Shown: positions 46,532-54,586 of the stretch, piece by piece
Numbering within the stretch: the stretch's first letter is position 1
Layout: each line of letters begins with the position of its first letter
NCBI GenBank assembly: GCA_938023865.1
Contig: CALJDG010000019.1
Location: 852 to 64,851, forward strand
DNA: 64,000 bases
Origin: an uncultured archaeon
Lineage (GTDB): Archaea; Thermoproteota; Bathyarchaeia; Bathyarchaeales; Bathycorpusculaceae
Reading direction: 5' to 3'
Notes under the pieces: model-generated
Seen by the model: the letters and a program-made list of their open reading frames with translations, nothing else
The model's database searches: none
What the model was told of the DNA's origin: nothing
Translations under genes and position numbers: made by a program

Positions 46532-46900
46532 TTGAAGAAGGCGGAGCAGTTTTATGGGAAAATCCTCGGCTTGGAAAAGAAATACAAGTTTTCAAGCTAT
46601 GTTGGTTTTGAGTGCGGCGGAGTTGAGATTGGATTAATTCCAAAATTTAAGGAAGGAAAACGTGCTGCTCAAATTTCGCCAACGGTAGAATTTTTGGTGG
46701 ATAATGTAGAAAAATTCTACAACAAATTAAAAAGCAAGGGCGTGAAGTTTGTTAAGGATTTACATGAAGAACCTTGGGGCGGAAAACAAGCTACTTTCAC
46801 GGATCCCGACGGGAACATTTTAGAAATTGTGCAGATTGATTGGAAAAAATACTTTACCGTGTCCGCTGAAGGAGCTAGAAAGAAACGTGAACCGCCATGA
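46532..46900 (+). CDS. VOC/glyoxalase-family protein
   Basis: DLKKAEQFYGKILGL...FTDPDGNILEI. The first beta-strand (VWCITFYVS) lies upstream of the annotated TTG, in an open frame with no canonical start. The true 5' end is therefore probably near 46484-46501. Confidence 0.7.
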   Translation: MKKAEQFYGKILGLEKKYKFSSYVGFECGGVEIGLIPKFKEGKRAAQISPTVEFLVDNVEKFYNKLKSKGVKFVKDLHEEPWGGKQATFTDPDGNILEIVQIDWKKYFTVSAEGARKKREPP

Positions 46901-47487
46901 GCTTCCAATTGAAGGGGAAAGTCATATTCTTCGCAACAAGCAACGTTAACAAGTTTAACGAAGCCCGCAAGGTTTTAAGCCGCTGCAAAATAGCCGTGGG
47001 CATGATAAGGGTTAAAACCCTTGAAATTCAAAGCGAAAGCCTTGAAGAAATCGCAAACATAAGCGCCATCCATGCCTTTAAACAGTGCGGTCTCCCCCTT
47101 ATAGTTGAGGATGCCGGTCTCTTCGTTGAAGCCTTAAAAGGCTTTCCGGGACCGTATTCCTCCTATGTTTACAAGACCATAGGGAACGAAGGCCTATTGA
47201 AGCTTATGGAGAAAAGCATAAACAGAAAAGCGAGGTTCCGGTCGGTTGTGGCGTTTTTCTCCGGAGAACTGAATGCTCCAATATGCTTTAAGGGAGAAGT
47301 TGTGGGTGAGATAACCAGAGAGCCACGAAGGGAAAGCCATCACGGCTTTGGTTTTGATCCAATATTTAAGCCAGTTAAAAGTCAGAAAACCTTCGCTGAA
47401 ATGAGCATCAATGAAAAGAACAAATATTCCCATAGAGCAAGAGCCTTCCGAAGGTTTGCAAAATGGTATAAAAGCCTAAAAGTTTAG
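46897..47487 (+). CDS. rdgB: non-canonical purine NTP pyrophosphatase (HAM1/RdgB family)
   Basis: FATSNVNKFNEA, EDAGLFVEALKGFPGPYSS, GFGFDPIF and NKYSHRARA motifs. ATGA overlap with the VOC stop. Confidence 0.85.
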   Translation: MSFQLKGKVIFFATSNVNKFNEARKVLSRCKIAVGMIRVKTLEIQSESLEEIANISAIHAFKQCGLPLIVEDAGLFVEALKGFPGPYSSYVYKTIGNEGLLKLMEKSINRKARFRSVVAFFSGELNAPICFKGEVVGEITREPRRESHHGFGFDPIFKPVKSQKTFAEMSINEKNKYSHRARAFRRFAKWYKSLKV

Positions 47488-47593
47488 GCAGATGGTTTAA
47501 GTCACCTTTCAAGTAAATTTAAGTGGGAACGAATATCGAAGGTCTTAAATATCCGTCTAACTTCGCTCTTACAGAACTAAAAGGGATAATAAT

Positions 47594-48034
47594 ATGCCTA
47601 AGCAGGAAAAGGGCAAATCTCACGCAACCAGACCAGTTAGCAAACGTCCTCCAAGTTGGTGTAAATATCAACCAGAAGAGGTGGAAGCCCTAGTCATTAA
47701 ACTGGCGAGGGAGGGTCATCCCCCAAGCCGCATAGGAACAATTCTAAGGGATCAGTATGCCATTCCATTGGTTAAACCGTTAACCGGCAAGACAATAACC
47801 CAAATTCTTAATGAGGCTGAACTTGCGCCTTCATTACCTGAAGACCTTAGTAACCTGCTTAAGAAGGCTGCTAGACTTTCAACTCATCTTGAAAAGCATA
47901 GGAAAGACTTGCACAATAAGAGGGCTCTACAGCTTGTGGAGGCGAAAATCCACAAGCTTGCAAGATACTATAAGCGGGAGGGTGTTTTGCCCCCTAACTG
48001 GAAGTATGAGCCAAAAGTAGCATCAATAGCCTAA
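47594..48034 (+). CDS. rps15: 30S ribosomal protein uS15 (S13e type)
   Basis: 146 aa with PSWCKYQPEEVEALVIKLAREGHPPSRIGTILRDQY and LHNKRALQLVEAKIHKLARYYK. Confidence 0.9.
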   Translation: MPKQEKGKSHATRPVSKRPPSWCKYQPEEVEALVIKLAREGHPPSRIGTILRDQYAIPLVKPLTGKTITQILNEAELAPSLPEDLSNLLKKAARLSTHLEKHRKDLHNKRALQLVEAKIHKLARYYKREGVLPPNWKYEPKVASIA

Positions 48035-48092
48035 ACCTAAGTCCCTTGTTCAATCAGTCGATCGTCTTTAAATTCTTTAATGTGAATAAATT

Positions 48093-49553
48093 ATGATGGA
48101 AATGGAATTGGAAGGGAAACAGATCGCAAAATTCTTTGGCGATGTTTCAGATGCCGCAAAAACCATTTTGGAAGCCATTAGAGAAGATGGTTTTATTCAC
48201 GTTTTTTCGCATTTGGATGCCGATGGCGTTGCCGCCGCCGGTATTATCGGGAAAGCCCTTTACAGGCTTGACGCCAGATTCCGCGTCAGGATAACCCAGT
48301 GGGTTGACGAAAAACTGGTGACGGAAATACTGCAAGAAAAGCCTCAAATGGTTATTTTCTTAGACCTTGGAAGTGATTATGCAAATTTGTTAAGGCAGAA
48401 AACCAAAGGCATTAAAGTTGTCGTTTTAGATCACCATCAGCTTAGCGGAGAACTGAGCGGCGATTTTCCATGCGTCAACCCCCACTTACACGGTATTGAC
48501 GGGGCACGAGAAATTAGTAGTGCTGGAGTGGCCTATTTTGTGGCTAAAACAATTGATAAGGTGAATATGGATTTGGCTCCAATAGCCATCGTTGGAGCAC
48601 TTGGAGACTTACAAGACAAGTATGACCAGAGAATGCTTGGAGGACTTAACGAGAAAATTGCAGAAGACGCAAGAAGCCAAGGACTGCTGACGGTCGAGAA
48701 GGACTTAATATTTTTCGGGAGAGAAACTCGTCCAATCCACAAAACCTTGGCATCTACAACAAACCCGTTTATTCCAGGCATAAGTGGAGAAGAAGACAAA
48801 AGCTTGGCTTTTCTGGCAAGCATTGATATAAAGCCAAAATATGGTGATAAGTGGCGGGCTTTAAGGGACCTTTCAGAAAATGAAAAAAGGAGGCTTTGCT
48901 CTGCACTGGCGGAGTATCTGCTCTCAAAAGGGCTGCATTATGAAATATCAAACCTTATAGGGTATGTTTACACCCTTAGCAAAGAAGAGCCTTGGACACC
49001 ACTGAGAGATGGAAGAGAGTTTGCGGTTCTGCTTAATGCTACTGGGCGAATGGACAAGCCTTCTGTTGGTGTGGCGGTTTGCATGGGTGACAGAGGTGTC
49101 GCCCTAGAAGAAGCCAGCAAAATACTTGAGGATTATAGGCGGACAATTAATAAGTATTTAGGCTGGATTATGGAGAAGCCTGAAAGGATAAGGGAGATGG
49201 AAAGCATCTACGTTGTTTACGGCGAAGACTTTATAGACGATAAGATTGTCGGCGCTATATCATCAATTCTCACAACAAGCCTTCCAAATCCTGAGAAACC
49301 TCTCATCGCTTATGCAAACGTCAAGGAGGAGGGAATTGTAAAATTTTCAGCAAGAACCATAGATACAGTAGCTTACAAAGGCGTAAACCTTGGACAAATT
49401 ATGCAGATGGCGGCCGAAAAATGCTGGGGAAAAGGCGGGGGGCATAACGTAGCTGCAGGCGCCCAGGTTCCAATAGAAAATGTGGAGACTTTCATAAGGC
49501 TTGTTAATGAACTTGTTGGCAAGCAGCTGGCGGGCGAAAAAAGTGGAAGCTGA
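48093..49553 (+). CDS. recJ: DHH-family RecJ-like phosphoesterase (archaeal RecJ/Cdc45-GAN type)
   Basis: SHLDADGVAAAG (DHH motif I), VVLDHHQ (DHH motif) and a C-terminal GGGHNVAAGA (DHHA1 GGGH). Confidence 0.8.
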   Translation: MMEMELEGKQIAKFFGDVSDAAKTILEAIREDGFIHVFSHLDADGVAAAGIIGKALYRLDARFRVRITQWVDEKLVTEILQEKPQMVIFLDLGSDYANLLRQKTKGIKVVVLDHHQLSGELSGDFPCVNPHLHGIDGAREISSAGVAYFVAKTIDKVNMDLAPIAIVGALGDLQDKYDQRMLGGLNEKIAEDARSQGLLTVEKDLIFFGRETRPIHKTLASTTNPFIPGISGEEDKSLAFLASIDIKPKYGDKWRALRDLSENEKRRLCSALAEYLLSKGLHYEISNLIGYVYTLSKEEPWTPLRDGREFAVLLNATGRMDKPSVGVAVCMGDRGVALEEASKILEDYRRTINKYLGWIMEKPERIREMESIYVVYGEDFIDDKIVGAISSILTTSLPNPEKPLIAYANVKEEGIVKFSARTIDTVAYKGVNLGQIMQMAAEKCWGKGGGHNVAAGAQVPIENVETFIRLVNELVGKQLAGEKSGS

Positions 49554-49791
49554 AATTATAATAAGCTATGATGATCTGGAAAGCGCAGAGGCAGTTGCAA
49601 CAGCCATTTCGCCAGATAACTTTAAAGTACCAGCTGGCTTGTCTATTAAAACGAAAAGAGAAGACAAAAGTGTTGTTACACGTATAAAATGTAGAAGGAA
49701 GCTTCAAACTTTGATTGCAACAATTGATGATCTACTTTTCGCCACATCGTTGGCGGAGAAAACTCTAAAAACTGCGCGAAAACTTGGATAG
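49543..49791 (+). CDS. pcc1: KEOPS subunit Pcc1-like protein
   Basis: 82 aa from GTG 49543. Its pattern (AEIIISYDDLESAEAVATAISPDN...VVTRIKCRRKLQTLIATIDDLLFATSLAEKTL) parallels Pcc1 (beta-beta-beta-alpha with an LR-x-x-x-N/D-x-x-L helix). It overlaps the recJ end by 11 nt. Confidence 0.6.
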   Translation: MEAEIIISYDDLESAEAVATAISPDNFKVPAGLSIKTKREDKSVVTRIKCRRKLQTLIATIDDLLFATSLAEKTLKTARKLG

Positions 49792-49802
49792 ATGGTTTTA
49801 AA

Positions 49803-51092
49803 ATGCTTGACATAAAATTAATTCGAGAAAAACCAGAATTTGTGAGGGAAAACCTGCAAAGAAGGGGCGAACCTGAATTTTTACGAATGTTGGATGAACT
49901 GGTTGAATGCGATAAGCTTAGGCGTCAGCACCTAACAAGGCTTAATGACTTGCGACGAGAGAGAAACTGCATAACAATGGAAATCGCGGCTGCAAAAAAG
50001 AAGGGTGCAGATACTTCTTCAATGATTTTGAAGGCTAAGGAGAAAGACAAAGAAATAGAGAATCTGGAGCGGCTGGTGGACGGATACGAGGAGAAAGTGC
50101 GCTACTATCTTATGAGGCTTCCAAACCTTTTGCATGATTCTGTTCCAGTAGGTAGAGATGAACATGACAATGTTACTGTAAGAACTTGTGGGGAAATACC
50201 GCGCTTCAATTTTCCAATTAAAGACCACATTGAAATTGGCTTAAGCCTAGACATAATGGACATTGAAAGGGCTGGAAAAATTGCTGGAGCAAGATTCTTT
50301 TACCTTAAAGGGGAGGGCGTCCTACTTGACATAGCCTTGCTAAACTTTGCATTGGAGGAAATGATTAAGAAGGGCTACATGCCAATAGAACCCCCCTTTC
50401 TGATGAGGCGCAAACCCTACGAGGGTGTCACTGCCCTTAGCGACTTCGAAGACAGTCTCTACAAAATCGAAGATGAAGACCTATACTTAATTGCGACTTC
50501 AGAGCATCCTATGGCGGCGATGTTTATGGATGAGGTCTTAAGAGCTGAAGACCTGCCTATCAAGTTTGTGGGTATAAGCCCAAATTTTAGAAAAGAGGCT
50601 GGTGCTCACGGCAAGGACACCAGAGGGATTTTCCGTACTCACCAATTTAACAAGGTTGAGCAGTTCATATTCTGCAAGCCTGAAGACTCATGGATGTTCC
50701 ATGAAGAGCTTATTAGGAATGCTGAAGATCTTGTTCAAAAACTTGGCCTACCATATCGCGTAGTGAACGTCTGTACGGGCGATATTGGAACAGTTGCCGC
50801 TAAAAAATATGATATTGAGGTTTGGATGCCAGCGCAAAAAACCTACAGAGAGATAATTTCATGCAGCAACTGCACTGATTATCAGGCTAGGCGTTTAAAC
50901 ATTAAGTATAGGGAAAAAGAGGGGGAACCGCCTAGGGGTTTTGTTCACACGCTCAACTCCACGGCTTTGGCTACGGGAAGAACCATTGTGGCTATACTTG
51001 AAAACTATCAGCTGGCGGACGGGTCAGTGATTATCCCGGAAACTTTGCGAAAGTATATGGGCGGCTTGGAGAAAATAGAGCCTAAAAGGTAA
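49803..51092 (+). CDS. serS: seryl-tRNA synthetase
   Basis: MLDIKLIREKPE N-terminus with a coiled-coil arm. Class II motifs FRKEAG, RTHQFNKVEQF and GLATGRTIVAILEN. Confidence 0.95.
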   Translation: MLDIKLIREKPEFVRENLQRRGEPEFLRMLDELVECDKLRRQHLTRLNDLRRERNCITMEIAAAKKKGADTSSMILKAKEKDKEIENLERLVDGYEEKVRYYLMRLPNLLHDSVPVGRDEHDNVTVRTCGEIPRFNFPIKDHIEIGLSLDIMDIERAGKIAGARFFYLKGEGVLLDIALLNFALEEMIKKGYMPIEPPFLMRRKPYEGVTALSDFEDSLYKIEDEDLYLIATSEHPMAAMFMDEVLRAEDLPIKFVGISPNFRKEAGAHGKDTRGIFRTHQFNKVEQFIFCKPEDSWMFHEELIRNAEDLVQKLGLPYRVVNVCTGDIGTVAAKKYDIEVWMPAQKTYREIISCSNCTDYQARRLNIKYREKEGEPPRGFVHTLNSTALATGRTIVAILENYQLADGSVIIPETLRKYMGGLEKIEPKR

Positions 51093-51146
51093 AGCTTAAT
51101 ACCCTTGTAATGCGACTTTTCTCGCTATTAAGAACGGAGGTCAGCC

Positions 51147-51764
51147 TTGTCATCGAAAAAAGTGAGGGATAAATGGCGCAGCAAAGCTTGGTATACAGCT
51201 GTTGCTCCACCATACTTTGGAAACGTTGAATTGGGCACAATACCAGCAGACGAGCCGGAAAAACTCATCGGAAGAGTTATGGAGGCAACGCTTTACGATA
51301 TTACTGGCGACTTTTCCCACCAATACCTAAAATTGTACTTCCAAATTACACGGTTAGAGGGCAAAACAGCCCGCACAATGTTTAAGGGGCATGAATATTC
51401 AAGGGACTACCTTAGAAGTCTTGTTAGGCGAAGAACAACAAAGGTTGATGGAATTTTCAACGTCTCAACAAAAGATGGATACAGATTTAGAGTGGCGGTT
51501 TGCGCATTCACCCTTTCAAGGATAAAGACTTCACAGGAGCATGCTATACGCAAAATTATGGCGAAGATGGTTGATGATAAAAGCGCCAACCTAACAATGG
51601 ACCAGTTTGTTCAAGAAATGGTTCTTGGGAAAATAGCATCAGATATTTACAATGAAGCGAGGAAAATTGTTCCCCTTCGCCATGTTGGTGTTAGGAAGTC
51701 TAAGCTTCTGACACAGGTGGCTCAGTTACAAGCGCCACTTCAAAGTACTGAGCAACAGAGTTAG
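51147..51764 (+). CDS. rps3ae: 30S ribosomal protein eS1 (S3Ae)
   Basis: VRDKWRSKAWYTAVAPPYFG is the N-terminal signature. TTG start lies 6 nt after GGAGG. Confidence 0.9.
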   Translation: MSSKKVRDKWRSKAWYTAVAPPYFGNVELGTIPADEPEKLIGRVMEATLYDITGDFSHQYLKLYFQITRLEGKTARTMFKGHEYSRDYLRSLVRRRTTKVDGIFNVSTKDGYRFRVAVCAFTLSRIKTSQEHAIRKIMAKMVDDKSANLTMDQFVQEMVLGKIASDIYNEARKIVPLRHVGVRKSKLLTQVAQLQAPLQSTEQQS

Positions 51765-52306
51765 CCTTCAATAACTTTTTTGCCATATTCGTAGCCCATT
51801 TCAAAGGCGTTTAGGTTTAATTCCTCTGTTCCCTTTGGCACATTAACCTTAATTGACTCTCTCAGGGCTTCTTTGTCGACAATTCCAGTAATTGCCGTGA
51901 AAGCCCCCAACATAGCGACATTAGCAACAATCCTTCTTCCCAGCTCTTCGGCCATCCTTGTGGCTGGAACGCGGAAAACCTTCACGTCTTCAATTTTTCT
52001 CTCGTTGGGAATCATGTCCGGGTCAAGTATTATTGTCCCTCCTTTTTTAACAGTCTCTGCATACTCATTGTAGGCGTGCTGAGACATTACCACTAAAATA
52101 TCCGGTTCGGTGACTTTTGGAAAGTCAATCTCATAGTCTGCTATTACGACTTCAGATCTGCATGCTCCACCCCTCGACTCAGGCCCATAAGACTGTGTTT
52201 GTACGGCGTGTTTTCCGCCGTATATACACGCGGCTGTAGCCACCATAATTCCGGACTTAATTATTCCTTGTCCGCCAAAACCTGCAAATCTGATTTCGAC
52301 ACGCAT
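51761..52306 (-). CDS. 2-oxoacid:ferredoxin oxidoreductase, gamma subunit (cluster 2)
   Basis: FAGFGGQGIIKSGIMVATAA...QTQSYGPESRGG. It is the last gene of the six-gene minus-strand cluster. Confidence 0.85.
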   Translation of the reverse strand: MRVEIRFAGFGGQGIIKSGIMVATAACIYGGKHAVQTQSYGPESRGGACRSEVVIADYEIDFPKVTEPDILVVMSQHAYNEYAETVKKGGTIILDPDMIPNERKIEDVKVFRVPATRMAEELGRRIVANVAMLGAFTAITGIVDKEALRESIKVNVPKGTEELNLNAFEMGYEYGKKVIEG

Positions 52307-52316
52307 AGTGCCTCAC

Positions 52317-53156
52317 CTACATTCCTTCCTCTTTCATTATTTGCGCTATTTTATTGTGAAACAGCTCCTCATAAGTTGGCTTTTGAATATCAACAAATTC
52401 GCCGACAACTATTCTTTCAGGGTTTATTTCCGCCTTAGCCGGGTCTGAAAAGTTGGCAACAACCACCACTTTCTTAAACCACTCCATCATTTCAAGCCCT
52501 GTTCGCATCTTGTTCCGGCGTCCATAGATCTCTGGGCAAGGTGATATAACCTCTATAAAGGAGAAGCCCTTTCTCTGCAGAAGCTTCTTTATGGACATTA
52601 TCAGCGTCCGCACGTGAAGAGTTGTCCATCTTGCCACATATGTGGCGCCAGCCGCCGTTGCCAAATGAACCAAGTTGAATGGATGCTCTATATTCCCATA
52701 AGGCGTTGTCGTTGTGAAGGCTTCTAGCGGCGTTGTTGGTCCAAACTGCCCGCCGGTCATTCCGTAGTTGAAGTTGTTGGCGCATATCACTTTAATTCCA
52801 ATATTTCTTCTAGCAGCATGTATGAAATGGTTTCCCCCTATGGCGAAGAGGTCGCCGTCGCCGCTTATAACGACAACTTCTAGCTCCGGGTTTGCGAGTT
52901 TAACGCCTGTCGCAAAGGCGATTGGACGCCCGTGAGTCGTGTGAAAGGAATCCACATTAGTGTAGCCAGCTGCCCTCCCAATGCAACCTATTCCTGAAAT
53001 GACGACAAGCTTGTCAAGGTTTATCTGCAGCTCGTCAACTGCATGCACAAAAGCGTTAAGTATTATGCCGTTTCCGCATCCGGAGCACCATATGTGGGGC
53101 ATCATGGCAGCTCTCAGATATTTTGAAAGAGGGTGCTGCTCGACGGTTTCTGTCAT
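52317..53156 (-). CDS. 2-oxoacid:ferredoxin oxidoreductase, beta (TPP) subunit (cluster 2)
   Basis: WCSGCGNG and SGDGD...NNFNYGMTGGQ TPP motifs. Paralogous to 15964-16800. Confidence 0.9.
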   Translation of the reverse strand: MTETVEQHPLSKYLRAAMMPHIWCSGCGNGIILNAFVHAVDELQINLDKLVVISGIGCIGRAAGYTNVDSFHTTHGRPIAFATGVKLANPELEVVVISGDGDLFAIGGNHFIHAARRNIGIKVICANNFNYGMTGGQFGPTTPLEAFTTTTPYGNIEHPFNLVHLATAAGATYVARWTTLHVRTLIMSIKKLLQRKGFSFIEVISPCPEIYGRRNKMRTGLEMMEWFKKVVVVANFSDPAKAEINPERIVVGEFVDIQKPTYEELFHNKIAQIMKEEGM

Positions 53157-54307
53157 TCACTATGCCTCCTTATAAATTCGAGAATTTCCATGGGCGTATG
53201 CGGTTCCTCACCTAATCTTGGCAAGTGAAAAACCGGCGTCTCTTTCGAGGCTCTTTCAACTTCCCTTACCATTTGCCCGCAATTCATTTCCGGAACAATT
53301 ATGGCTTTGGCTTTTTCAGCAGCCCTTGCCACATGCTCTTCTGGGAAAGGCCAGAGGGTTATTGGGCGTAGGAGTCCGGCTTTTATGCCTTGCTGTCTCG
53401 CCTTTCTCACGGCGCTTAGGGCTGCCCTTGCAACTATTCCATAGGCAAAGACCACTATTTCGGCGGAGTCCAACATTTGTTCTTCTACGCGGATAATTTT
53501 GTCAGAATTCTTCCTAATTTTGTCGCAGAGTCTCTTTACAAGTCTCATTTGAACCTCTGAGCTTTGTGTGCGTGGATAGCCGTACTCATCGTGGGTTAAG
53601 CCTGTTGCATGAAAACGGAAGCCTTCTCCAAAGCAGGCCATGGGTGGAACTAGATAGTCGTTGGGCATGAAGGGCGCATACTTGTCTGGCGGAGTGTTAG
53701 GCTTTTTGCGGTTAACAATCCTTATCTTTTCAGCTGGCGGTATAACCACCTTTTCCCACATGTGGGCGACAACCTCGTCAGCCATTACAAGCGCCGGAAT
53801 ACGGTAAGTTTCAGATAAGTTAAAGGCTTCTATTGTCAGGTCAAACATTTCCTGAGCAGAGGAGGGCGCTAAAGCAATGATCTCATAGTCGCCATGAGAA
53901 CCCCATTTGGCCTGCATGACGTCCTGCTGTCCGGGAAGGGTTGGCTGTCCAGTGCTTGGGCCCCCCCGCATTACATCAACAATTACGCATGGGGCTTCCG
54001 TCATAGCGGCTAAGCCTATATTCTCTTGCATTAAGCTAAAACCCGGCCCTGAAGTGGCTGTCATAGCTTTTAAACCGGCGTAGGACGCGCCTATTACTGC
54101 GGCTATGGAGGCTATTTCATCCTCCATTTGAATGTAGATTCCGCCAACTTTTGGCATTCGAGCTGCAATGTGCTCGGCTATTTCAGTGGCTGGCGTTATA
54201 GGATAGCCAGCGAAAAATCGGCATCCGGCTGCGATGGCGCCCTCTGCGCATGCTATGTCGCCGCTCATAAAATGCACACCAGTTAAGACCGTTTTTTCAC
54301 TATCCAT
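53153..54307 (-). CDS. 2-oxoacid:ferredoxin oxidoreductase, alpha subunit (cluster 2)
   Basis: FFAGYPITPATEIAEHI...MEDEIASIAAVIGASYAGLKAMTATSGPGFSLMQE. Paralogous to 16797-17948. Confidence 0.9.
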   Translation of the reverse strand: MDSEKTVLTGVHFMSGDIACAEGAIAAGCRFFAGYPITPATEIAEHIAARMPKVGGIYIQMEDEIASIAAVIGASYAGLKAMTATSGPGFSLMQENIGLAAMTEAPCVIVDVMRGGPSTGQPTLPGQQDVMQAKWGSHGDYEIIALAPSSAQEMFDLTIEAFNLSETYRIPALVMADEVVAHMWEKVVIPPAEKIRIVNRKKPNTPPDKYAPFMPNDYLVPPMACFGEGFRFHATGLTHDEYGYPRTQSSEVQMRLVKRLCDKIRKNSDKIIRVEEQMLDSAEIVVFAYGIVARAALSAVRKARQQGIKAGLLRPITLWPFPEEHVARAAEKAKAIIVPEMNCGQMVREVERASKETPVFHLPRLGEEPHTPMEILEFIRRHSE

Positions 54308-54586
54308 CTAACATCCATCCTTACATTGTTTTTCCTTAACGAAAATTGCAAAGTCTGGACATATTGCCGTGCAGAAGCTACATAGTATGCAGCTTTTTTC
54401 ATCAACAACTCTTGGAGGATGAACTCCTCTGGCATTAATCTCGTCAGATTCCTCTAAAACTTTTCTGGGACAGTATTGAATGCAGAAGCCGCAACCCTTA
54501 CACTGGTCTTTTAATATATGGATTTCAGCCTTTGGCCTTGAAACCTTCTCAAGGTCTAAGGGGGTTCTCCAAAGCCTTTCTGGCAT
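54308..54586 (-). CDS. 2-oxoacid:ferredoxin oxidoreductase delta subunit (2x[4Fe-4S] ferredoxin-like)
   Basis: 92 aa with CKGCGFCIQYCP and CILCSFCTAICP motifs. It abuts the alpha gene and hdrA with 0-nt gaps. Confidence 0.85.
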   Translation of the reverse strand: MPERLWRTPLDLEKVSRPKAEIHILKDQCKGCGFCIQYCPRKVLEESDEINARGVHPPRVVDEKSCILCSFCTAICPDFAIFVKEKQCKDGC

